Assembly (NCBI GenBank): GCA_039810425.1
Contig: JBDHWW010000026.1
Coordinates: forward strand, 1-41,781
Source: Pseudobdellovibrionaceae bacterium
GTDB taxonomy: Bacteria; Bdellovibrionota; Bdellovibrionia; Bdellovibrionales; Bdellovibrionaceae
Reading direction: 5' to 3'
Length of the DNA: 41,781 nucleotides
Below are positions 34,664 through 41,781 of the stretch, in pieces. Each line of letters opens with the position of its first letter. Positions within the stretch are counted from its first letter, which is position 1. The notes below the pieces were generated by a model. That model was given only the letters and a program-made list of their open reading frames with translations. It was not told where the DNA came from and made no database searches. A program made the position numbers and the translations under genes.

Positions 34664-35227
34664 ATGCGTCTTTGTGCTTCCATATTTTTTTTGACCTTCG
34701 TCTTGAACGGGCTTGCGGCACGCGCGGCTCCGGTCCTGGAGTCTCAACCACCACCTTCCATTGAGCTCTCTCCGAAAGAGAAAAGCGATCCCATCTTCCG
34801 TTCCGATAGAACCGAAAGAAACTGGTCGGTCCGCGCCGGTTTTCTGGGCGGAGCACTCAAAGAAACCAATCAATCAGCACAACTCTATTTTTATGGTTTG
34901 AGATACGACTTTCTTCGCGAGCCTCTCAACACTTGGGAGATCGAAATTACGACGGCTAAGGACAACTTCCTTCACCTCGTTGTCGGTAAGAAGTTCTACT
35001 TTCCACTCGAAAGCGTTACCATGCCCTATTATAAACTTGCCGTGGGTGATCTCATCGACTCAACGGATGGTCTCGGCTCGATCCTCAATCTGAAAAAGAT
35101 CCAAGCAATGGCTCTCGTGGGTCTTGATGACCTCTTTATTCTGGACCAACGCCTTCAAGGCGAAATCGGCGTGAGCTATGCCGTCATCGGCCCACAATTT
35201 GAAATATCTTTAGGATTTGCATTCTAA
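34664..35227 (+). CDS. Hypothetical exported protein, probable small beta-barrel
   Basis: Signal peptide, alternating strands, C-terminal FEISLGFAF. Confidence 0.62.
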   Translation: MRLCASIFFLTFVLNGLAARAAPVLESQPPPSIELSPKEKSDPIFRSDRTERNWSVRAGFLGGALKETNQSAQLYFYGLRYDFLREPLNTWEIEITTAKDNFLHLVVGKKFYFPLESVTMPYYKLAVGDLIDSTDGLGSILNLKKIQAMALVGLDDLFILDQRLQGEIGVSYAVIGPQFEISLGFAF

Positions 35228-35308
35228 AGCGGGGACTTTCAGTGAGCGTCCCGGCTCTCTGCCAAACCATGCCCGCCGCGAACCCGTATGCGCGGCCCAT
35301 GGACCCCG

Positions 35309-35920
35309 CTAAATAATTTTAAGAGTGCGTAAAACGCGGGAAATTTCTGAGTCCAAAAAAGCAAGATCCTTGACGTTATGAATTACAAAAGGAGTCTGGT
35401 CTTCTTTTTCTTTCAGCGGTTTTTGCGCCTGGACCCGCGCCAGAGCTTCGGCCTCCGTAAAACCGTTACGGCCTTTTAAGCGATCAAGTTGCAGCTTCTC
35501 GGTGGTAGAAACTAAAATCACAGCATCAAAATCCCTTTCCATTTGATTTTCATACAACAAAGGAACGTCATAAAACGCGACCGCTTTCCCAGATCTCTCT
35601 AAACGCGACTTTTCTACAACCACCTGGGCACGGACCAAAGGATGGATTATCGCTTCGAGCTTCTTACGCTCCCCAGTATGACCAAAGACGAGGGCCCCCA
35701 AAGCCTTCCGGTTTAAACTCCCGTCAGAATTTTTCACGGACTCTCCAAAGGTCTGAAAAATCTGAGGCAAGGCGTTTCTTCCCGGTTCTGCGTCAGGACC
35801 TGTGACCTGATGCGAGATCTCATCTGCATCCAATACATCATAGCCCAAGGTCCTAAGACGCTTAGTCACTGTACTTTTGCCGGTAGCGATACCACCTGTG
35901 ATTCCGATCCATTTCATCAT
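35309..35920 (-). CDS. coaE: Dephospho-CoA kinase
   Basis: IGITGGIATGKST, DADEISH, LNRKALG, LEAIIHP, DVPLLYE. Confidence 0.95.
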   Translation of the reverse strand: MMKWIGITGGIATGKSTVTKRLRTLGYDVLDADEISHQVTGPDAEPGRNALPQIFQTFGESVKNSDGSLNRKALGALVFGHTGERKKLEAIIHPLVRAQVVVEKSRLERSGKAVAFYDVPLLYENQMERDFDAVILVSTTEKLQLDRLKGRNGFTEAEALARVQAQKPLKEKEDQTPFVIHNVKDLAFLDSEISRVLRTLKII

Positions 35921-35938
35921 TTTAAAGGTCCAGATTCC

Positions 35939-35966
35939 TTAAGTGCTTTCGCCATTTTACCGATAT
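35939..35966 (+). promoter_or_regulatory. Candidate sigma28 (FliA)-like promoter of the kinase-fadD operon
   Basis: TTAAG-N15-ACCGATAT upstream of the AGAGGA SD. Confidence 0.4.
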
Positions 35967-35990
35967 TTTTCATAAGAGGAAATGAATTTA

Positions 35991-38036
35991 ATGTCTTCAC
36001 CGCTCGAACAATTTGGAAAATATCTCCTGCTCGAGAAGCTTGCCACTGGTGGCATGGCCGAGGTGTACCTTGCGAAATCCGTGGGGGCCGTTGGCGTGAA
36101 TAAATTCGTGGCGGTTAAGCGCATCCTCCCTCAGCACTCCGAGAGCCAAGAATACATCGACATGTTCAAAGAAGAAGCGAAAATCGCCGTGAACTTGAAT
36201 CATGGTAACGTCGTTTCTATCTACGACTTCGGGGTGGAGTATAAGCAGTTCTTCCTCGTTATGGAGTATGTTGAGGGCCGCAACCTTCGCCAGATCGTGA
36301 ACGAGATGAAGAAGTCGAACGTGCAATTCACGATCGATCAAATCGTCTACATCGTGAAAGAAGTGGCTGCAGGCCTTGATCACGCCCATCGTTGTATCGA
36401 TGGCAGTACGGGCCGCCCGCTCAACATCACTCACCGCGATATGAGCCCGCAAAACGTCATGGTCAGCTTCGAAGGCGAAGTTAAGATCATCGATTTCGGT
36501 ATCGCGAAAGCCGAAACTCAGATGGAGGCGACCAAAGCCGGAACTCTTAAAGGTAAGTTCGGTTACATGAGTCCTGAGCAAGCCGACGGCATGCCCATCG
36601 ACTTGCGCACAGACATCTTCTCTTTAGGTATTGTTCTCTGGGAACTCTTGGCAAACGACCGCCTCTTCACTTCTAGCAGTGAAGCGGCGATCTTGCGCAA
36701 AATCCGTGAGTGCCAAATCCCAAGTATCCGCAAAATCAATCCATCCGTGCCACCGGAACTTGAGCGCATCGTCAATAAAGCTTTGGCAAAAGATAAGAGC
36801 TTACGCTATCAAACAGCGGCCGCCCTGCACCGGGATTTGAATCGTTTCTTGAATACGCAGTATCCGGAGTTCTCTCCGCATGATTTCTCTGTCTTCGTGA
36901 AAACGGCGTTCTCGCAAATCTACTTGGAACAAAAACGCCGTTTAGTGGAGTACTCAAAGCTGGGTATTCAAACCCAGGACGAAAAAACTTTGGTGACTCG
37001 CATGGTGGGCAATAAAACCGAGGTCGTCGCGCATATCGCACAGATCCCGAACCAAGCGCCTACCACTGTCCATACAAATACCGTCCCGGCATCGGGAATA
37101 TCTGATGATGCGAGCTTCACGGTTGAAGACGACAAGGCCCTCGACCTGAGCGTTTCCAGTATTGACGTCAAAATCAATCTGGATAGCTTGAAAGGGGCCG
37201 ACGAAGCCGCATCGCCTCGCAAACAACTCTATAAAGGAGAGGTTGAAAAGCGTGCGGCGACAAGCGCCAATCTAAACACCCGTGTCACGAACACCTATAC
37301 TTCAACGAAATTTAAAACCACGTCAAGCCACTCTCCTCTCGCGGAGCAAGCGGTGACGTGGGGTCTTGTTGCTGTGATTGCAGCCGGAACCTTGTTTGGC
37401 GGCTGGTACTTCTACAATACTCCGGCGGGACAAAGAGTTATTCGCGGTCTCCAGGGGCAAGCACCTGTGGCGGTGAACCCGCCAACGGTTCCACCACCGC
37501 CAGTCTCGCTACCACCGGATCCAGATCCACTGGATAAAACTCCGGGCGAGACGACCTCTGCTTCGAAATCTCAATATGCAGTCTTGCTCGAAAGCAAACC
37601 GAACGGTGCAAGAATATATATCAATGGTGAGGATACTAAAGCTTATACTCCGAACCGCCGTACTTTGGAGTCTTTCAAAGACTACGTTGTGACTCTGAAA
37701 AAAGACGGCTATCTTGACTATGACGGCACGATCCGCGCTATGCAGAACGGCTCGACTTTCACCATGTCAATGCAACCGGCCCAAAAAGCGGCTTATGTTT
37801 CAATCTCCGTTGCAAACGGTGGTTTGAATACAGTAATTTATGTGAACGGCATCCGTCTCGGCGAGAAACCACCGATTCAGAAGTATGCTATTCCGTCCGG
37901 CACTCCGGTGCGAATCAATGCCTACGATCCGTTCTCGAAACTCTCTGCTGAGCAGATTGTGAAGGTCGAAGCCAACCAAAAGAAGTCCGTGGACCTGATT
38001 CTCGGAGTCGATCAACGAAAGCCTTCAGGCCAGTAA
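35991..38036 (+). CDS. Hanks-type Ser/Thr protein kinase with TM helix and periplasmic PEGA-like domains
   Basis: LATGGMAEVY, VAVK, HRDMSPQN, IDFGIAK, GKFGYMSPEQ, DIFSLG, TM WGLVAVIAAGTLFGGWYFY, ESKPNGARIYING. ATG 35991 fits SD spacing better than 35982. Confidence 0.93.
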   Translation: MSSPLEQFGKYLLLEKLATGGMAEVYLAKSVGAVGVNKFVAVKRILPQHSESQEYIDMFKEEAKIAVNLNHGNVVSIYDFGVEYKQFFLVMEYVEGRNLRQIVNEMKKSNVQFTIDQIVYIVKEVAAGLDHAHRCIDGSTGRPLNITHRDMSPQNVMVSFEGEVKIIDFGIAKAETQMEATKAGTLKGKFGYMSPEQADGMPIDLRTDIFSLGIVLWELLANDRLFTSSSEAAILRKIRECQIPSIRKINPSVPPELERIVNKALAKDKSLRYQTAAALHRDLNRFLNTQYPEFSPHDFSVFVKTAFSQIYLEQKRRLVEYSKLGIQTQDEKTLVTRMVGNKTEVVAHIAQIPNQAPTTVHTNTVPASGISDDASFTVEDDKALDLSVSSIDVKINLDSLKGADEAASPRKQLYKGEVEKRAATSANLNTRVTNTYTSTKFKTTSSHSPLAEQAVTWGLVAVIAAGTLFGGWYFYNTPAGQRVIRGLQGQAPVAVNPPTVPPPPVSLPPDPDPLDKTPGETTSASKSQYAVLLESKPNGARIYINGEDTKAYTPNRRTLESFKDYVVTLKKDGYLDYDGTIRAMQNGSTFTMSMQPAQKAAYVSISVANGGLNTVIYVNGIRLGEKPPIQKYAIPSGTPVRINAYDPFSKLSAEQIVKVEANQKKSVDLILGVDQRKPSGQ

Positions 38037-38039
38037 GCT

Positions 38040-39839
38040 ATGAACCGAAAAAACACCACCCCCACCACACCGCTCGGACATAGTCTTCTCACATTTAAAA
38101 AAAGAACAGCCGCCAAAGCAGTCATGTTTAAACAAGACGATCATTGGATCAGCAAAACATGGCCGGAGTACTACACTGATATTGAAGCTTTTGGTGCGGG
38201 TCTTCTGGCTCTTGGTGTAAAGCCAAAAGAACGCGTGGCAATTATGGCCAATACTCGCTATGAATGGTCTGTGGCCGATCATGCGGCGATGGGTGTTCAC
38301 TCAGTTGTGATTTCTGTTTATCAAAATAACACGTCGTCCGATGTGGAATACATTCTGAAAAACTCTGAAAGCCGCGTTTTGATTCTTGAGAACGAAGCGC
38401 TGCTTCGTGTTTGGAACGAAGTTCAGCCAAAGTGTCCGTCCGTAGAGTTCGTCGTCCTGATGGAGGCGCCTAAAAACCAGACGTCGCCAAACGTGTTCTC
38501 GTGGGCGCAGATCAGAGAAAAAGGCCGCGAGATACTTAAACAGAATCCAACAGCCTTTGAAGATCTCTGCCGTTCACAAAAGATGTCTGATACTGCGACC
38601 CTCCTCTATACTTCTGGGACAACGGGCTTGCCCAAAGGGGTTGTGATCACTCACACACAGATTATCTCTGAAATCAGTGAAGCCTTCCCTATTTTCGGAG
38701 TCGACGATACGGACATATCGCTGACTTTCCTACCCTATGCTCATATCTTGGGCCGTATTGAGCACTGGGCCCATGCTTACATGGGTTACACCATGGCATT
38801 TGCCGAGAGTGTTGAGAAAGTGCGCGCGAACCTCGCCGACATCGAACCGACATTCTTGATCTCCGTGCCGCGTATATTTGAAAAAGTCTATGCCGCCATC
38901 AGCACGCAAATCGATGCTTCACCGGTAAAGAAGAAACTCTTTACTTGGGCGATGGGTGTCGGCCGCCGTATCACTGAATTAAAGCTCACTCACCAGACGA
39001 TTCCGCTGGAGTTGCTAGCGGCTTATGAATTGGCGCAAAGACTTGTCCTCAATAAGATCAAGTTCGCTTTTGGCCGTCGTTTGCGGTTTGCAATCAGCGG
39101 TGGTGCGCCGCTGGCCTCGGATATTTCAAGCTTCTTTCATGCGGCCGGTGTCTTGATTCTGGAAGGCTATGGCCTCACCGAAACGACAGCGGCGATTACT
39201 GTGAACACACCGTTCAATTACAAGTTCGGTTCTGTCGGCCGCGCGATCGGTGACGTTGAATTGAAAATTGCAGAAGACGGCGAGATTCTCGTTCGCAGCC
39301 ATAAAGTGATGAAAGAGTACTATAAAAACCCGGAAGCGACCGCTGAGGTCATGACAGATGGCTGGTTTCATACGGGTGATATCGGTCAGATCCTTCAAGG
39401 CGGCGATCTTAAAATCACCGATCGTAAGAAAGACCTCATTAAAACGGCCGGTGGCAAGTACGTCGCTCCACAAAAAATCGAAGGCTTACTCAAACTCAGC
39501 CCGATGGTCACGCAGGCACTCATTGCGGGCGATCAGAAAAAGTACATCGTGGCCCTCTTGACGGTGGATCCGATTTATCTGCAGGCTCTAGCCAAGGAAC
39601 GTGGCGAAAGTTTCACCGACTGGAAAGAACTTGTCTCGCGCCCATGGGTCCAAGACATCGTTCGCGATCACATCGCGGAAACCAATGCAGATCTTGCAAG
39701 TTACGAAAGTATTAAGCGTTTCTTGATTCTACCCATGGAATTCACGGTCGAAAGCGGCGAGCTCACCCCTTCACTCAAAGTTAAACGCAAGGTTCTAACC
39801 CAGCGTTACCAAAAAGAAATCGACAGCCTCTACAACTGA
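38040..39839 (+). CDS. fadD: Long-chain fatty acid--CoA ligase (AMP-binding)
   Basis: YTSGTTGLPKG, FLPYAH, VPRIFEK, SGGAPL, EGYGLTET, GWFHTGDIG, DRKKDLIKTAGGKYVAP, GELTPSLK. Confidence 0.92.
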   Translation: MNRKNTTPTTPLGHSLLTFKKRTAAKAVMFKQDDHWISKTWPEYYTDIEAFGAGLLALGVKPKERVAIMANTRYEWSVADHAAMGVHSVVISVYQNNTSSDVEYILKNSESRVLILENEALLRVWNEVQPKCPSVEFVVLMEAPKNQTSPNVFSWAQIREKGREILKQNPTAFEDLCRSQKMSDTATLLYTSGTTGLPKGVVITHTQIISEISEAFPIFGVDDTDISLTFLPYAHILGRIEHWAHAYMGYTMAFAESVEKVRANLADIEPTFLISVPRIFEKVYAAISTQIDASPVKKKLFTWAMGVGRRITELKLTHQTIPLELLAAYELAQRLVLNKIKFAFGRRLRFAISGGAPLASDISSFFHAAGVLILEGYGLTETTAAITVNTPFNYKFGSVGRAIGDVELKIAEDGEILVRSHKVMKEYYKNPEATAEVMTDGWFHTGDIGQILQGGDLKITDRKKDLIKTAGGKYVAPQKIEGLLKLSPMVTQALIAGDQKKYIVALLTVDPIYLQALAKERGESFTDWKELVSRPWVQDIVRDHIAETNADLASYESIKRFLILPMEFTVESGELTPSLKVKRKVLTQRYQKEIDSLYN

Positions 39840-40580
39840 TTACATATAGAAGCGAAAACCAATCGTGATGTAGCCACCGGTGAAATCAAGAACACGTTTA
39901 TCACCATTGGCGTCAAGAACAGGGTCACCGGCCGTCTTTGTGCCGCTGAATGTGCTGACGTCTTTTGAGTACTTCAAATTATCTATTTTCATCTGCCGGT
40001 AACCAAACTCGAAAATGTACGTCGTCGTATCTGTCAGGTGAGACTCCACTCCGAGCGAACCACCATAGAGCATACCACTCCCCTTCGCTTCGACCGAGTG
40101 ATCACTTACGCTGGGGTAGCTTAAAATCGTATAATCATTTTTGTAACTGACATTGCCTGAACCGGCATAGGCCGACAGGAACGCACGATATGTGGCTGAG
40201 GTTTGCAAATTCAGCTCGAGCCCGACTTTCGGAGCATAGCCTGTGATATTGCTTTTGATATTGTACATATCCGTGCCGCCGGCATTGGCCGCCGTGATGT
40301 CATTTAAGAGCGAGGGCTTAAAAACCTCGAAGCCGAAACGGAAACTCACCGCAGGAGTTGAATACAGAAAACCGAACTCGCCGGTGTAATTATAAGCCAC
40401 GGAGCCGCTATAGGTATCGGTCATCGCCGCTTCGCCGGCAAAAGCATTTTCCTTGATCGCTGACGGGCCGCCCGTCACTAGGTAGTAGCTCGCAAATTTT
40501 TCACTGGTAATGTTAAAGACCCGAGCCTCTGCCCGGGTCATCACAAAACACAACGAAAGCACGAACCACAGGAATCTCAA
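39840..40580 (-). CDS. Hypothetical outer-membrane beta-barrel protein
   Basis: Signal peptide (..AEA), strands FRFGFEVF and YIFEFGYR, terminal LDFTGGYITIGFRFYM. Confidence 0.65.
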   Translation of the reverse strand: MRFLWFVLSLCFVMTRAEARVFNITSEKFASYYLVTGGPSAIKENAFAGEAAMTDTYSGSVAYNYTGEFGFLYSTPAVSFRFGFEVFKPSLLNDITAANAGGTDMYNIKSNITGYAPKVGLELNLQTSATYRAFLSAYAGSGNVSYKNDYTILSYPSVSDHSVEAKGSGMLYGGSLGVESHLTDTTTYIFEFGYRQMKIDNLKYSKDVSTFSGTKTAGDPVLDANGDKRVLDFTGGYITIGFRFYM

Positions 40581-40588
40581 TCAGACCT

Positions 40589-41128
40589 CTATTTTTTTAC
40601 GGTCTTTGGAACAAAAAGATCCACGACGACTTTTGCCGTCGTCTTTTCGCCGCGCACTTGGAATACGCGCGCCACTGTTCCAGGCTTGAGATCCAACGTC
40701 AGGTTCAAAGCTCTGTCTTCTGGATCCAAAATCATGGAGCTCTTCTTTACGAAGAGTGAGTTCTTAAAGCGGCTTGCCAAACGCCCGTCATCCAAACGGC
40801 TATTAGGTGTTTGACTGAAATCCAAGACCAAACGGTTAGGATTTTTTTTCAATTCCGCGTGGAAATAAGTAGGAAGGCCTTTTTGTGGGTTTCCTTGCAA
40901 ATCACCGAAATCAAGAACAATACGCTCGACCATTTTTTTGGAGTCGGCAGTACGGCGCAAATCCATCAAGCTGAAACCAAAGCCCGCGACGCCACCCATC
41001 GCTTCACCTTCGCTCACGAGAATACGACCGACTGTAAGAGCCTTTGGTTTTGGTGGAATGGCCGCAGAAACGCGCAGAGAGAAAATCATCGATGCCGCAG
41101 AAACTGCAGCAAATACAAATTTATTCAT
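40589..41128 (-). CDS. Exported protein with AMIN-like domain
   Basis: Signal peptide, ERIVLDF, NPNRLVLDF, KVVVDL motifs. AGGAG SD. Confidence 0.6.
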   Translation of the reverse strand: MNKFVFAAVSAASMIFSLRVSAAIPPKPKALTVGRILVSEGEAMGGVAGFGFSLMDLRRTADSKKMVERIVLDFGDLQGNPQKGLPTYFHAELKKNPNRLVLDFSQTPNSRLDDGRLASRFKNSLFVKKSSMILDPEDRALNLTLDLKPGTVARVFQVRGEKTTAKVVVDLFVPKTVKK

Positions 41129-41237
41129 CCTTAGAACTCCTTTTCATAGGACCTCTTTTAGTCTGACCTGGAAATAGGTACAGGGTCAATAAAACTTTTT
41201 CTCGTGATTACAGGCACTTAATGCTAAATTTTTACCG

Positions 41238-41480
41238 ATGGCAGACATTCCCCAAGATGTACTCAGCTCCGCGCTCAGTTTTGGCAGCATCACCGGTGCC
41301 ATTGTCTTTGGCGGAATTGGACTCTGGATGTTCAATCAGGGCCGCAAGGAGGGCAACATCCGCAATCTCATTCTTGGGATTGTCCTGATGGTCTATCCGC
41401 TTTTTATCTATAATCCGTGGGCCCTCTGGGGATTTGGCGCGGCTATTTCCGCGTATGCTTACTACCGCCGTTACGACTAA
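41238..41480 (+). CDS. Small integral membrane protein (about 3 TM)
   Basis: Hydrophobic segments AIVFGGIGLWMF, LILGIVLMVYPLFI, ALWGFGAAISAYAYY. Confidence 0.7.
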   Translation: MADIPQDVLSSALSFGSITGAIVFGGIGLWMFNQGRKEGNIRNLILGIVLMVYPLFIYNPWALWGFGAAISAYAYYRRYD

Positions 41481-41781
41481 TTATGTAAACGGAACTTCAT
41501 CTGACCCCAAACATCTGCGGGGATGGCTTCGCTTTCGACGCCGATCTTACCAAACGGAATGATGCCAGCGATGAAGCTGGGCTGTATTAAAAATATAATT
41601 CAGCGGACCCATTTCGAAACCGATATTTGCATGCTCCAAGAGACCCGTGACTGCGTTCACTAACAAGAATAACGCCACTAACTCCGACGCCCCCCCCAGC
41701 AAGAGCTTACTATTACCCACAAGTTGAACCACCTTTGAACAGGACGTAGTCCTCTGCGATGTCATTGAGTCGCTGCCAACC
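41481..41781 (-). pseudogene. Partial, frameshifted sterol desaturase/fatty acid hydroxylase family gene
   Basis: His boxes EHANI and HRWHHS. The C-terminal piece GKIGVESEAIPADVWGQMKF continues in another frame. The usual NYG..WDRLFGT segment is absent. Confidence 0.6.

Noticed and set aside
34610..34873. 88-aa N-terminal extension of barrel C in the ORF track
   Set aside because: It overlaps the divergent gene. The GGAGG SD and signal peptide support ATG 34609.
35228..35308. Two GC-rich hairpins between convergent genes as a tRNA, sRNA or terminator
   Set aside because: No cloverleaf or T-loop motif and no U-tract. Possibly a 3'-end stabiliser, but unsupported.

Overview
Chromosomal, almost fully coding 41.8-kb window. 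Gene content suggests a Bdellovibrio-like predatory bacterium (inference). There are five blocks. (1) A tightly coupled ~12-kb minus-strand operon: His-less pseudo-histidine kinase, degenerate REC-GGDEF protein (CdgA-like), alr, mlaE, mlaF, a long MlaD with a C-terminal beta-barrel-like region, a GYF-TM-TPR protein, a lipoprotein, yhaM and cysE. (2) nadB, a lysophospholipase, a lipoprotein and rnhA. (3) An orphan sensor kinase facing a lower-GC pair (outer-membrane barrel and 1303-aa metzincin lipoprotease). Both genes of the pair have a sigma54-type promoter with an identical 17-bp element exactly 111 bp upstream. (4) addB-addA. (5) A cluster of three paralogous FadL/TraF_2-like barrels and two paralogous Cys-rich lipoproteins, containing a perfect 34-bp inverted-repeat element, followed by coaE, a Ser/Thr kinase, fadD and further envelope genes. 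I saw no rRNA, tRNA, CRISPR array or transposase. Both window ends carry frameshifted partial genes, probably sequence errors.
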